DNA of 64,000 nucleotides, taken from NCBI GenBank assembly GCA_050987995.1, contig CP158804.1, forward strand, positions 1,030,412 through 1,094,411, given 5' to 3'. Below, one piece after another: positions 53,566-64,000 of this stretch (the first letter of the stretch is position 1; every line of letters begins with the position of its first letter). The notes below the pieces were generated by a model that searched no databases, was not told the DNA's origin, and saw nothing but the letters and a program-made list of their open reading frames with translations. The translations under genes were made by a program, and so were the position numbers. The stretch comes from Ralstonia pickettii. GTDB taxonomy: Bacteria > Pseudomonadota > Gammaproteobacteria > Burkholderiales > Burkholderiaceae.

Positions 53566-55689
53566 TTACGCCAACATCCTCACCTGCGGCTCCCGCTCCC
53601 ACTGCCGCGTCTTCGCCGCCGCAATAAAGCGCGCCGTATCGCTGGCCGGCACCACCCCGCCGTCCGGCTTCAGGTTCGCCTGCGTCAGCAACACATCCCC
53701 GCCCTCATCGACCGCGATCGCCTTCAGGTGCGCATAGGCAAAGCTGACGAAGTCGAGCGCGGCGCTTTCCTGCGCCAGCCGTGCCGCGCCGTCTTCGGAC
53801 AGCACCACGGCCACCGCATCAAACATCACCGATGGCGTACCCGCAAGCTGCCCGTCAGCCGGCAGCTTCGAGCCATCCGCCAGCGTTGCCCCACCTACCC
53901 TGGGCGCGACGATCTTCACCGTGGCACCGGCGGCGGTGGCGGCCTGCCGGATCGCTTCCACCGTGGCGCCATCGGAACCGTCGGAGACCAGGATGCCGAC
54001 CTCGCGTCCTTCCAGCGTGTCTTTCATCCTGCCGATGATCTGCAGCGCCGCGGACGGCGGCATGTCCTGCACCGGTGCGGCGGCAGGCAGCGGGTCGGGC
54101 AGCTGGTCGAGCGCCAGGCCGTCGGCCACGCGGCGGCCCAGGTCTTCATCGATATTGCGCAGGTGGGCGACCATGCGCTCGCGCACATGCACGTGCTCGA
54201 CCTTGGACAGCTCGAACACCAGCGCCGACGCGATATGCGCCTGCTCGGGCCGGGTCTGGCTGCGGAAGAACAGGCGCGCCTGGCTGTAGTGGTCGGCAAA
54301 GCGCTCGGCGCGGATGCGGCCCTTGTCGCCCTGCTCTGGCACCTGCGCGCTACGGAAGCCGAGGTCGGGGGCCTCGCGCGGTGAATCGTCGCCAAGCGAG
54401 TTGGGCTCATATGCCACGCGTCCCTTGGGCTGTTCCGTCTGCATATGGCCGTCGCGCTGGTGGTTGGCGAACGGGCACTTGGGCGCATTGACCGGGATCT
54501 GGTGGAAGTTGGGCCCGCCCAGTCGCAGCAGTTGCGTGTCGAGGTAGGAGAACAGGCGCCCCAGCAGCAGCGGGTCGTTCGAGAAGTCGAGGCCCGGCAC
54601 GATATTGGCCGGGCAGAACGCCACCTGCTCGGTCTCCGCGAAGAAGTTGTCGGGCCAGCGGTCCAGCACCATGCGGCCGATGATCTTCAGCGGCACAGTT
54701 TCTTCCGGGATGATCTTGGTGGCATCGAGATGGTCGAACGGGAACTTCGCCGCGTCGTCTTCCGTGAAGAGCTGCACGCCCAGCTCCCATTCCGGGAAAT
54801 TGCCCGACTGGATCGCGTTAAACATGTCGCGGCGATGGAAGTCCGGATCGGCGCCGGCGATCTTGACGGCCTCGTCCCAGACGGTGGACTGCAAACCCAG
54901 CTTCGGCCGCCAGTGGAACTTGACGAAGGTAGAGTTGCCCTGCTCGTCGAGCAGCCGGAAGCTGTGCACGCCAAAGCCTTCGATCATGCGCAGCGAACGC
55001 GGGATGGTGCGGTCCGACATGATCCACATCACCATGTGCATCGATTCCGGCGTGAGCGAGATGAAGTCCCAGAACGTGTCGTGCGCGCTTGCCGATTGCG
55101 GGAAGCCGCGGTCGGGCTCCATCTTGACCGCGTGGACCACGTCGGGGAATTTGATCGCGTCCTGGATAAAGAAGACCGGGATGTTATTGCCCACCAGGTC
55201 CCAGTTGCCTTCCTTGGTATAGAACTTGACCGCGAAGCCGCGCACGTCGCGCGGCGTGTCGACCGAGCCAGCGCCACCGGCCACGGTGGAGAAGCGCGCG
55301 AACACCGGCGTCTTCACGCCGACCTCGGTCAGGATCCTGGCAGTGGTGTATTGCGCCAGAGAATCTGTCAGTTCGAAGAAGCCATGCGCCGCCGTGCCGC
55401 GCGCATGGACGATCCGTTCCGGGATGCGCTCGTGGTCGAAGTGTGTAATTTTTTCACGAAGAATGAAATCTTCGAGCAAGGTCGGACCACGCGGATTGGC
55501 CCTGAGCGAGTTCTGGTTGTCCGCAACCGGGATGCCTTGATTGGTGGTCAGCGGTGGATGGCTGCCGCTCGCAGTCTGGTGCAGTTCGCCGGCATTACCG
55601 CGCTGGGCATCGCCATAGCCCGCGGGGGCACCTGCTGCTGCGTTGCCGGCACTGGTGTTTGCCGTGGGCCTTGCCTTTTTGTCGGGCAT
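53566..55689 (-). CDS. katE: Large-subunit catalase HPII with a C-terminal DJ-1/PfpI-like domain
   Basis: From the ATG at 55689 (GGAGATCGAT RBS). Catalase core (…RERIPERVVHARG…, FDHERIPER) and a ~150-aa C-terminal flavodoxin-like domain. Confidence 0.9.
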   Translation of the reverse strand: MPDKKARPTANTSAGNAAAGAPAGYGDAQRGNAGELHQTASGSHPPLTTNQGIPVADNQNSLRANPRGPTLLEDFILREKITHFDHERIPERIVHARGTAAHGFFELTDSLAQYTTARILTEVGVKTPVFARFSTVAGGAGSVDTPRDVRGFAVKFYTKEGNWDLVGNNIPVFFIQDAIKFPDVVHAVKMEPDRGFPQSASAHDTFWDFISLTPESMHMVMWIMSDRTIPRSLRMIEGFGVHSFRLLDEQGNSTFVKFHWRPKLGLQSTVWDEAVKIAGADPDFHRRDMFNAIQSGNFPEWELGVQLFTEDDAAKFPFDHLDATKIIPEETVPLKIIGRMVLDRWPDNFFAETEQVAFCPANIVPGLDFSNDPLLLGRLFSYLDTQLLRLGGPNFHQIPVNAPKCPFANHQRDGHMQTEQPKGRVAYEPNSLGDDSPREAPDLGFRSAQVPEQGDKGRIRAERFADHYSQARLFFRSQTRPEQAHIASALVFELSKVEHVHVRERMVAHLRNIDEDLGRRVADGLALDQLPDPLPAAAPVQDMPPSAALQIIGRMKDTLEGREVGILVSDGSDGATVEAIRQAATAAGATVKIVAPRVGGATLADGSKLPADGQLAGTPSVMFDAVAVVLSEDGAARLAQESAALDFVSFAYAHLKAIAVDEGGDVLLTQANLKPDGGVVPASDTARFIAAAKTRQWEREPQVRMLA

Positions 55690-56039
55690 ATCGATCTCCT
55701 TTGCGCTGGTTGACTGGGCTGGATAGGCGACAGCAAATGCCGGGCCCGCGCGCCCGACAAATCGGGTTACGAAGGCAAATCGCCAAATGTGCAGCCTGTC
55801 CAACTTCCGTCGCGCAACCCGGACGGCACGCTGGCTGGAAAATCGACTCGTGACCGGCGCAGCCAGCCCGTCGTTCGCGCGGCGTTTTTCGGGGCGGCAA
55901 GGATGCGGTCAGCGATCCGGCGATGGTGGGATGTGATGGCTTGCGCGCAGGCTAGTCGCTGCGTGAAGTCGGGCGGTTTCGTCCATCGCGGGCGAAACAG
56001 CCCAGGCGCGCGGGGTTGCGCCGCCGCGCGCCTGCCGCG

Positions 56040-57542
56040 TCATTCCTCCTGGAACGCCTCCTCACGTTTGGCCTTGATCGACGGCAATGCCACCACCGCC
56101 ACCAGCGCCGCGGCAGCGACCAGCAGGCCCAGCGACAGCGGACGGGAGGTGAAGACGGAGAAATCCCCGCGCGACAGCAGCAAGGTGCGGCGGAAGTTCT
56201 CTTCCATCATCGGCCCCAGCACAAAGCCCAGCAGCAGCGGCGCCGGCTCGCAGCGCAGCTTGAGGAACACATAGCCGATCAGGCCGCAACTGGCCGCCGC
56301 GAACACATCGAACACCGTGTTGTTGACCGAGTAGACGCCGATGCTGCAGAACACCAGGATGGCCGGGTACAGGAAGCGGTAAGGCACGGTCAGCAGCTTC
56401 ACCCACACGCCGATCAGCGGCAGGTTCAGCACCACCAGCATCAGGTTGCCGATCCACATCGACGCGATCAGCCCCCAGAACAGCGCCGGATTGCTGCTCA
56501 TCACCTGCGGGCCGGGCTGGATGTTGTGGATGGTCATGGCGCCGACCATCAGCGCCATCACGGCATTGGGCGGGATGCCCAGCGTCAGCAGCGGAATAAA
56601 CGAGGTCTGCGCCGCGGCATTGTTGGCCGACTCCGGCCCCGCGACGCCTTCGATCGCACCCTTGCCGAACTCCTCCGGATACCTGGAGGCCTTCTTCTCC
56701 AGCGAATACGCCGCGAACGACGCCAGCGATGCGCCACCGCCCGGCAAGATGCCCAGCGACGAACCCAGCAACGTCCCGCGCAGCACGGCGGGAATCATGC
56801 GCCGGAAGTCTTCGCGGGTGGGGAACAGCTTGGTGATGCGATCGGTGAAGGTCTCGCGGTGTTCCTTCTGCTCCAGGTTGGCGATGATCTCCGCAAACCC
56901 AAACAGCCCCATGGCGAGCGCGGTGATGCTGATGCCGTCGGTCAGCTCCGGCACGTCGAACGAAAAGCGCGCGGCGCCCGAGTTCACATCGGTGCCGACC
57001 AGCCCGAGCAGCAGGCCCAGCACGATCATCGCCACCGCCTTGACCAGCGATCCCGACGCCAGCACCACGGCGCCGATCAGGCCAAGCACCATCAGCGAGA
57101 AGTATTCGGCGGGGCCGAACTTGAACGCCAGTTCCGACAGCGGCGTGGCAAACGCGGCCAGGATCAGCGTAGCCACGCTGCCCGCGAAGAACGAGCCCAG
57201 GCCAGCGGTGGCCAGTGCCACGCCGGCACGCCCGCGGCGCGCCATCTGGTAGCCGTCGAGCGTGGTCACTACCGCCGACGACTCGCCGGGCAGGTTGACG
57301 AGGATCGCCGTGGTGGACCCGCCGTACTGTGCGCCGTAGTAGATGCCGGCCAGCATGATCAGCGCCGCCACCGGCGGCAGCGTGTAGGTGATCGGCAGCA
57401 GCATGGCAATGGTAGCCAGCGGCCCCAGGCCGGGCAGCACGCCGATCAGCGTTCCCAGCACGCAGCCAAGGAAGGCATAAGCCAGGTTCTGCAGCGAAAG
57501 CGCGGTAGAAAACCCCAGCGCAAGATGACTGAGCAACTCCAT
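56040..57542 (-). CDS. tctA: Tripartite tricarboxylate transporter large permease TctA
   Basis: 500-aa polytopic protein. MELLSHLALGFSTALSLQNLAYAFLGCVLGTLIGVLPGLGP…. Confidence 0.9.
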   Translation of the reverse strand: MELLSHLALGFSTALSLQNLAYAFLGCVLGTLIGVLPGLGPLATIAMLLPITYTLPPVAALIMLAGIYYGAQYGGSTTAILVNLPGESSAVVTTLDGYQMARRGRAGVALATAGLGSFFAGSVATLILAAFATPLSELAFKFGPAEYFSLMVLGLIGAVVLASGSLVKAVAMIVLGLLLGLVGTDVNSGAARFSFDVPELTDGISITALAMGLFGFAEIIANLEQKEHRETFTDRITKLFPTREDFRRMIPAVLRGTLLGSSLGILPGGGASLASFAAYSLEKKASRYPEEFGKGAIEGVAGPESANNAAAQTSFIPLLTLGIPPNAVMALMVGAMTIHNIQPGPQVMSSNPALFWGLIASMWIGNLMLVVLNLPLIGVWVKLLTVPYRFLYPAILVFCSIGVYSVNNTVFDVFAAASCGLIGYVFLKLRCEPAPLLLGFVLGPMMEENFRRTLLLSRGDFSVFTSRPLSLGLLVAAAALVAVVALPSIKAKREEAFQEE

Positions 57543-57552
57543 CCCATGTCTC

Positions 57553-58014
57553 CTAGTTGGTGAAGATCGCAGGCCAGACTGGCATCTGCAAGTTGATGCC
57601 GTACACGAACGCCACCGTGCTGATCAGCACCAGGATCGCAGCATTGAGCATGGCGCCCTTCCAGGTGAACTCATGGCTGGCCATCGACGACACCAGCACC
57701 AGTGCGAGCACCGACAACACCATGCCAAGCGGCTTGAGCACCAGGCCGAACAGCACCACCGATCCGAGGATCCATAAGAGCGTCTTGATGTCCCACCGGG
57801 CCATCCGGTCCGCATCGCCTTCGCGCGACATCGAACCGAATGCCACCACGGCGCCAAGCAGCGCCAGCACGATGCCAAGCCAGAACGGAAAATAGCCCGG
57901 GCCCATCTTTGCGGCGGTGCCCATGGAGTAGCTACGGGCGACGAATGAAAAGCTGAGGCCGACGATGACGAACATCAGGCCGGAGAGAAGGTCGGTTTGC
58001 TTGCGTATGCGCAT
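57553..58014 (-). CDS. tctB: Tripartite tricarboxylate transporter small permease TctB
   Basis: From the ATG at 58014 (MRIRKQTDLLSGLMFVIVGL…). 4 TM segments, immediately upstream of tctA. Confidence 0.8.
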   Translation of the reverse strand: MRIRKQTDLLSGLMFVIVGLSFSFVARSYSMGTAAKMGPGYFPFWLGIVLALLGAVVAFGSMSREGDADRMARWDIKTLLWILGSVVLFGLVLKPLGMVLSVLALVLVSSMASHEFTWKGAMLNAAILVLISTVAFVYGINLQMPVWPAIFTN

Positions 58015-58282
58015 GCGGGGGCTCCTTGTGGCGCGCGCAGCGGGCGCTGCCGGCGTGGGGGCAGTCGCCAGCGCTGTCGCGTCGGTTTCGGGAGTCCCGA
58101 ACAATACATCATGTTGTGATGTATTTTTACGAAGACAAGGGTTATTCCCTACAAATTCGATGTTGAGTCAGGATCCTTGCGTCACGTCAGTGGCGAAGCA
58201 ATGTATGCAGACATGAAGGCCTGCGCCGACTTCCGGCATTCGTCATCGCCGTCCGCTCGATTCGCTGCGCCAGGCAGGCGTG

Positions 58283-59296
58283 TCAGTGCGACACGCCCGC
58301 CCCCGCTTTTTCTCGCCCCATGCTGTACCCGGCCGGCACCCATGCGTAGCCCTTGCCCTGGCGCCGCACATGCCCGAGGCCCGGGAAGGAGATATGCGCC
58401 GCGCCTACCCAATAGCCATTGGCCGCGGCATCGGCCATGGCGCGCTTGCGCATCTTCACCGCGGCGGTGGAATCCACATCGAAATCGATGGCGACGCCCG
58501 GCTCCGGAAACTGCACGTGTTGCGCATGAATGGTGTCGCCCCACAGCTGCAGGCGCTGGCCCTCGCTGCTGATCTCATAGAACGCGTGGCCCGGGGTATG
58601 GCCCGGCATGCGCACCGGACGGATGCCGGGGAACAGCTCCTGCTCGCCGTCGAAGGGCCGGACCTTGTTGGCCTTCAGGTAGGGCGCGAATACCGCCTCC
58701 GATTGCGCGAAGTTATGCCGCTGGCCGGCAGCCGCCCGGGCTGCATTGGCCGGGTTCAGCCAAAAATCGGCATCGCGGCGGTCGACGTAGACCACGGCGT
58801 TCGGGAATACGGCCTTGCCGTCGACCGCCAGCCCACCGGAGTGGTCGACGTGGATATGGGTCAGCAGCACCGCATCGATCTGTTCGGGCTGGTAGCCGGC
58901 CGCGCGGATATTGTCCGGCAGCTTGCCGCCGACGCCGGGACCGAACAGGCCGCCCGCGCCGGTATCCACCAGCACCAGGTGCTGGCCGGTGTTGATCAGG
59001 AAGGCGTTGACCGAGGTCTCGGGCTCGGTGGACTGGTAGCTGCGCGCTTGCAGCGACGCAATGTGCTTGTGCGACGCGTGCTTGAGCAGCTTGCCGATCG
59101 GCACGTTGACGGTGCCGTCCGACAGCGCCGTGATCTCGAACTTGCCGAGCTTCATCCGGTAGTAGCCGGGCGCCTGGGTGCCGACCTGCGGCGCCGCGGC
59201 GTGGACTGGCAGGGCCATCACCGACCAGAGCAACCCACCGACCAGCAGCGCGCGTTGCCACAGGGATGGCTCCGACGGGGAATGGAGAGTGTTCAT
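58283..59296 (-). CDS. MBL-fold metallo-hydrolase (secreted)
   Basis: From the ATG at 59296: signal peptide, then the HxHxDH motif (THIHVDHSGG). Confidence 0.8.
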   Translation of the reverse strand: MNTLHSPSEPSLWQRALLVGGLLWSVMALPVHAAAPQVGTQAPGYYRMKLGKFEITALSDGTVNVPIGKLLKHASHKHIASLQARSYQSTEPETSVNAFLINTGQHLVLVDTGAGGLFGPGVGGKLPDNIRAAGYQPEQIDAVLLTHIHVDHSGGLAVDGKAVFPNAVVYVDRRDADFWLNPANAARAAAGQRHNFAQSEAVFAPYLKANKVRPFDGEQELFPGIRPVRMPGHTPGHAFYEISSEGQRLQLWGDTIHAQHVQFPEPGVAIDFDVDSTAAVKMRKRAMADAAANGYWVGAAHISFPGLGHVRRQGKGYAWVPAGYSMGREKAGAGVSH

Positions 59297-59576
59297 ATGC
59301 TTGCCTCGAAATAAACCGCGAACGACAGCCCCGGAAGTCGTGGCTGTCGCGTCTTGTGCAGGATTGTGGCGGCCGCGACGGCATCGTTCAAATCGATTGG
59401 AATGATCGCCGGCATCGCCGCCGGCGATATCGCTCCTGATGGCGTTCCGGCCAGTGGCCCTCGCGTCATTCATTCCGCCACGGAAACTATCGCCCACAAA
59501 ACTTCACTAGGCCCGCTCAGGGCTGTCGCTGATACTCAACCACAGTTACACGACGACGATGACGAGGGGAGTCAGC

Positions 59577-60551
59577 ATGAGGAAGTCAGCAATACCAGTC
59601 CTGGCCGCGGGGATCTTCGGCGCGATACTGTTGGCGCCGGCGGCGGCGCAAGCGGCATGGCCGGAAAAGCCAGTCCGCCTGATCGTTCCGACCGCACCGG
59701 GCGGCGCACCGGACATCGTCGCGCGCCTGTTCGGCGACGCGCTGTCCAGGCGCCTGGGCCAGGCCGTGGTCGTCGAGAACCGGCCCGGCGCCGGCGGCAA
59801 TATCGGCATGCAGGCCCTGCTGGCCGCCCCGGCGGACGGCTACACGATCGGCTACGGCAACAACGCCACGTTATCGACCAACCGGTTCCTTTACAGCAAG
59901 CTGCCCTACGACCCCGACAAGCTGGTGCCCATCGTCGGCCTGGTCACGACCTTCAATATCCTTGCCGTCAACCCGTCGCTGCCGGTCAAGACCACCCAGG
60001 AACTGGTGGCCTACGCCCGTGCCAATCCGGGCAAGCTGTCGATGGGCTCGGCCGGCAACGGCACCACCAGCCATCTGGGCGGCGAGCTGTTCAAGGTCAT
60101 GGCCAACCTGAACATCACGCACGTGCCCTACAAGGGCAGCACGCCGGCGCTGCAGGACCTGGTCGGCAATAACGTGCAGCTGATGTTCGATAACGTGCCG
60201 TCGATCGGGCCATACGTGACATCCAACCGGGTGCGCGCACTGGCCGTCACATCGAGCAAGCGCTCGCCCCACTTTCCGGACCTGCCTACCATGGCGGAAG
60301 CCGGCCTGAAGGGCTACGACCTGACTGCATGGGCCGGCCTGGTCGCCGCGCCCGGCACCCCTGCCGAGGCCATCGAGCGGATCAACCGCGAAGTCAACGC
60401 CATCATCCGCGATCCGGCATTCCGGGCGCAGCTCGACAAGCTGTCGTTCGATCCGCTGGGCGGTACCGCTCGCGACTTCCAGGCGCTGATCGCGAGCGAG
60501 ACCGTCAAGTTTGGCGAACTGGTGCGCAAGAGCGGCGCCAAGGTCGATTGA
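59577..60551 (+). CDS. Bug-family / TctC tripartite tricarboxylate transporter substrate-binding protein
   Basis: Signal peptide. …WPEKPVRLIVPTAPGGAPDIVARL… is the hallmark Bug N-terminus. Confidence 0.85.
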   Translation: MRKSAIPVLAAGIFGAILLAPAAAQAAWPEKPVRLIVPTAPGGAPDIVARLFGDALSRRLGQAVVVENRPGAGGNIGMQALLAAPADGYTIGYGNNATLSTNRFLYSKLPYDPDKLVPIVGLVTTFNILAVNPSLPVKTTQELVAYARANPGKLSMGSAGNGTTSHLGGELFKVMANLNITHVPYKGSTPALQDLVGNNVQLMFDNVPSIGPYVTSNRVRALAVTSSKRSPHFPDLPTMAEAGLKGYDLTAWAGLVAAPGTPAEAIERINREVNAIIRDPAFRAQLDKLSFDPLGGTARDFQALIASETVKFGELVRKSGAKVD

Positions 60552-60561
60552 GGGGATCATT

Positions 60562-62019
60562 ATGCAAACGCAATACGACCTGCTCATCCGCAACGGCGAC
60601 ATCATCGACGGCACCGGCGCGCCGCGACGGGCGGCCGACGTCGGTGTGATGGATGGCGAGATCGTCGCCATCGGCAACCTCTCGACCGCCAGCGCGGACA
60701 CCGAAATCGATGCCACCGGCCTGATCGTGGCGCCTGGGTTTATCGACACCCACACCCACGATGACTGGATGGTGTTCCAGTCCCCCGACATGCTGCCCAA
60801 GGTCACGCAGGGCGTCACCACCATCATCGCCGGCAATTGCGGCATCAGCCTGTTCCCGCTGGTGACCGACAGCATCCCGCCGGCTCCGCTCGACATCATG
60901 CGCGGCGGCTACCGCTTCGATTCCGTGCGGTCCTACCGCGAATCCTTCGCAGCAGAACCGGCCGCGGTCAATGTCGCGGTGCTGGTGGGCCAGTCGACGC
61001 TGCGCGCCCGGCATATGGAGCAGCTCGGCATGCCCGCCAGCGATGCCCAGATCGAAGGCATGCGGCAGGACGTGGAAGACGCCCTGCGCCAGGGCGCCAT
61101 CGGCGTGTCCACCGGCACCTTCTATCCGCCTTCGGCCGCGGCGCCCGAGGATGAAATCGTGCGCATGTGCGAGCCGATGAAGCGGCTCGGCGGCGTGCTG
61201 GTTTCCCATATGCGCGATGAAAGCGACAACATCCGCGAGTCGATCGACGAGACCGCGCGCATCGGCAAGGCGTTGGGGGTATCGACCGTCATCTCGCACC
61301 ACAAGCTGGTGGGCAAGCAGAACCATGGTCGCAGCCGGCACACGCTGGCCCAGGTGCGCAGCCTGGCCGAAACCATGCCGCTCTGCCTGGACTGCTATCC
61401 GTACGCGGCCTCGTCGACCATGCTGCGGCCCGAGCGCGTGCATCAATGCGACCGCATCCTGATCACCTGGTCGGCTCCGCACCCGGAGGCCGCAGGGCGC
61501 TACCTGGAGGATCTTGCGCAAGAATGGGGGCAGACGCGCCACGAGGTTGCACGGCAGCTGGTGCCGGGCGGCGCGGTGTACTTCATCATGGACGAGGCGG
61601 ACGTGCGTGACATCCTGGCCTACCCCGACACGATGGTCGGCTCCGACGGCATTCCATCCGACGAAACGCCGCACCCGCGGCTGTGGGGCACGTTCCCGCG
61701 CGTGCTCGGCCTGTACTCGCGCGATCTGGGACTGTTCCCGCTGGAGCGCGCGGTCCACAAGATGACCGGGCTGCCGGCGCAGCGCTTTGGCCTGGAGCGG
61801 CGCGGAGAACTCAGGCCGGGCCATGTCGCGGACATCACCGTCTTCGATCCGGCAACGATCCAGGACCGCGCCACCTTCGACGATCCGCAGCAGCCCTCCG
61901 TTGGCGTGCGGCACGTGTTCGTCGCGGGACAGGCGACCCTCCGTGACGGTCAGCCGGCCAGCAGCCGCCCCGGGCGCTTCGTCACCTCCACACTGGTGAA
62001 GGCAGGCCCCGCCGGCTGA
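60562..62019 (+). CDS. N-acyl-D-amino-acid deacylase (D-aminoacylase), amidohydrolase superfamily
   Basis: From the ATG at 60562 (AGGGGA RBS). MQTQYDLLIRNGDIIDGTG…GFIDTHTHDD… metal-binding HxH motif. Confidence 0.8.
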   Translation: MQTQYDLLIRNGDIIDGTGAPRRAADVGVMDGEIVAIGNLSTASADTEIDATGLIVAPGFIDTHTHDDWMVFQSPDMLPKVTQGVTTIIAGNCGISLFPLVTDSIPPAPLDIMRGGYRFDSVRSYRESFAAEPAAVNVAVLVGQSTLRARHMEQLGMPASDAQIEGMRQDVEDALRQGAIGVSTGTFYPPSAAAPEDEIVRMCEPMKRLGGVLVSHMRDESDNIRESIDETARIGKALGVSTVISHHKLVGKQNHGRSRHTLAQVRSLAETMPLCLDCYPYAASSTMLRPERVHQCDRILITWSAPHPEAAGRYLEDLAQEWGQTRHEVARQLVPGGAVYFIMDEADVRDILAYPDTMVGSDGIPSDETPHPRLWGTFPRVLGLYSRDLGLFPLERAVHKMTGLPAQRFGLERRGELRPGHVADITVFDPATIQDRATFDDPQQPSVGVRHVFVAGQATLRDGQPASSRPGRFVTSTLVKAGPAG

Positions 62020-62033
62020 GCGCGCGGTCTGAC

Positions 62034-62942
62034 CTAGCGCTGGTTTGCCTCGGCGCTTTGCTCAAGCAGCCACGCGATGAAGGTTTGCATCGCGGGGCTG
62101 TCGCGCTTGTCCTCGGGGCAGATGAAGTAGTAGGCCTTGGGTGAGACGTAGGGCTCGTCGGACAGTCGCAGCAACCGGCCGGCATTGATGTCTTCGCCGG
62201 CCACGTAGTCCGGCAACAGCGCCACGCCCATGCCGCTGAGCGCGGCCTGCAAACCCATGGTCAGCAAGCCATAGCGCGAGCCGTCATCCGGGTGCGCCAG
62301 CTTGATCCCGGTCTGCTGGAGATAGGCTGGCCAGGCTTCCAGCGCGGCGATCTGGTGCAGCAACGGCAAGCGCTTCACGGCCCTGGCCAGCGTGGCACCG
62401 CCGGGCAGCAGCTCAGGGGCGCACACCGGATAGAGCACCAGCGGCATGACCTTCAGGCTGAAATGGCGCGGCGGCGGCCCCGCGCAATACATGATCGCGG
62501 CATCGAGACCGGTACTTTCCAGGTCGACCGGCCCTACCTTGGTCGTGACGTTCAGCTGGATATGCGGCTGTTCCTTGACGAACCTGAGGATGCGCGGCAA
62601 CAGCCAGATATTGCCCAGCGATACCGGCACCGACAGGTTCAGCCGCCCGCCCGCGGCGCGGCCCGACTGCACCTCCAGCGTCGCTTCCTCCAGCATCGCC
62701 AGCGCCTTGCGCACGCTCCTGAGATATTCCTCGCCCGCGGGTGTCGCCGCCACCGCGCCCTTGCGCCGGTTCAGTATGCGCGAGCCGAGGAAGGATTCCA
62801 GCTCCGTGATCTGCTTGCTGACCGCGCTTTGCGTCAGGCAAAGCTCTTCGGCGGCGCCGGTGACGCTGCCTGTGCGCGCCGTGGTCTCGAATGCAATCAG
62901 GTTGGCAAGCGCAGGCAAGTGGCGGCCGTTTGTACTTTTCAT
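62034..62942 (-). CDS. LysR-family transcriptional regulator
   Basis: From the ATG at 62942 (MKSTNGRHLPALANLIAFETTARTGSVTGAAEELCLTQSAVSKQI…). Confidence 0.85.
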   Translation of the reverse strand: MKSTNGRHLPALANLIAFETTARTGSVTGAAEELCLTQSAVSKQITELESFLGSRILNRRKGAVAATPAGEEYLRSVRKALAMLEEATLEVQSGRAAGGRLNLSVPVSLGNIWLLPRILRFVKEQPHIQLNVTTKVGPVDLESTGLDAAIMYCAGPPPRHFSLKVMPLVLYPVCAPELLPGGATLARAVKRLPLLHQIAALEAWPAYLQQTGIKLAHPDDGSRYGLLTMGLQAALSGMGVALLPDYVAGEDINAGRLLRLSDEPYVSPKAYYFICPEDKRDSPAMQTFIAWLLEQSAEANQR

Positions 62943-63101
62943 GGCGGTGGGGCGTGGCGGGAAGCCGACTTCGGTTTGGAGGGACCGTTCGCGTGCTGGC
63001 ATTGTCGTCCATTCATTCCGTGAAGGAAAGCAGGACGGACAAAACATCCATTGCCTGCCGGCATGGCCGCGCCAATACTGGCGGCATACCGCCTGATCGC
63101 C

Positions 63102-64000
63102 GATGACATCAATGCCTTCTGCTGCCCCACGCTTTCTGCCTGAACGCTTCGACGCTTTCGAGGCTTCCATCCAAGAACTCGCCACGGCCATGCGCGCCGG
63201 CCTCTTTTCCGCAGCAGGTCTGGTGGACTACTACCTCGCGCGTATCGCCGCCTTCGATAAATCGGGGCCGCGCATCAACGCGATCAGTTACGTCAATCCC
63301 GCTGCCTTGCACGAGGCGCATGCCCTGGACGAGGAACTGCGCGCGCACGGACCGCGCGGGCCGCTGCACGGCATTCCCATGGTGGTCAAGGACAATATCG
63401 ATACCCTCGGCATGCCAACCACTGCCGGCTGTGCGGCGCTGCGCCAGGCCTACCCCGACGCCGACGCAGCGTGCGTAGCGCGCCTGCGGGCAGCCGGCGC
63501 CATCGTGCTGGCCAAGGCCAATATGTCCGAGCTGGCCGCTTCCAACGGCCGCTTCGGGTACAGCTCCGCCAACGGCCTGACGCTCAATCCCTACCGTCTG
63601 TCGCGCAATGCCAGCGGGTCCAGCAGCGGCACCGGCGCGGCGGTGGCGGCGAACTTCGCGGCCTTCGGGCTCGGCACCGACTCCTTCGGTTCCGTGCGCG
63701 GTCCGGCTTGCGTGCATGCGCTGGCCGGCATGCGGCCGACGCATGGGCTGCTGGAAGCCGAAGGCGTACTGCCATTGGCAGGATCGTTCGATACCGTCGG
63801 ACCGCTGGCCCGTACTGCCGACGATGCTGCGATGGTCCTGGCGACACTGGCGCCGGGCTCAGGCTTCACCGGTCAGCCATCGTCGTTGGCCGGCCGCAGG
63901 CTGGGCATCGTGGCGGACTTCGCGGGCGGCAACGACGAGATCGATGCGCTCTTCGCGACGGCAATTGAAACGATGCGGGCAGCGGGCGCCGATACGATAC
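63102..64000 (+). CDS. Amidase (amidase-signature family), 3'-truncated at the window edge
   Basis: Open frame from the ATG at 63102 to the end of the window. …LHGIPMVVKDNIDTLGMPTTAGC…GGSSSGTGAAVAAN… is the Ser-cisSer-Lys signature region. It is divergent from the LysR gene. Confidence 0.8.

Overview
High-GC (~65-67%) betaproteobacterial chromosomal window, gene content typical of Cupriavidus/Ralstonia (Burkholderiaceae). All calls rest on my reading of the six-frame translations and the DNA; no database search was run.

Content from left to right:
- a truncated gene for a periplasmic Cys-repeat protein
- an HME-RND heavy-metal efflux operon in czcCBA order
- acyl-CoA dehydrogenase, a LysR regulator, a vapBC toxin-antitoxin pair, a frameshifted AraC-type pseudogene, a SAM methyltransferase, a PQQ-type sugar dehydrogenase and a YghU-type GST
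- a 3-gene chaperone-usher fimbrial operon
- acnB and a fliLMNOPQR flagellar export operon
- an RtcR-centred RNA-repair locus: two inverted RtcB paralogs flank rtcR, a PLP dehydratase, a sigma54 promoter, a tRNA-like (Y RNA-like) non-coding element and an SPFH/band-7 gene
- an MCP and a serine hydrolase
- an AT-rich junction followed by a complete ebo cluster (eboA, B, D, E, F, C) with three co-oriented accessory genes (ABM-VOC fusion, a 638-aa unknown and a ferritin-like protein)
- a redox/metal stress block (cytochrome b561, catalase-related peroxidase, a CusRS-like two-component system, an HxlR/NTF2 pair and katE HPII)
- tctBA, an MBL hydrolase, a Bug-family binding protein with a D-aminoacylase, a LysR regulator and a 3'-truncated amidase

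The two most interesting systems are the Rtc locus with its anticodon-less tRNA mimic and the ebo island. No CRISPR array, IS element or transposase was seen.
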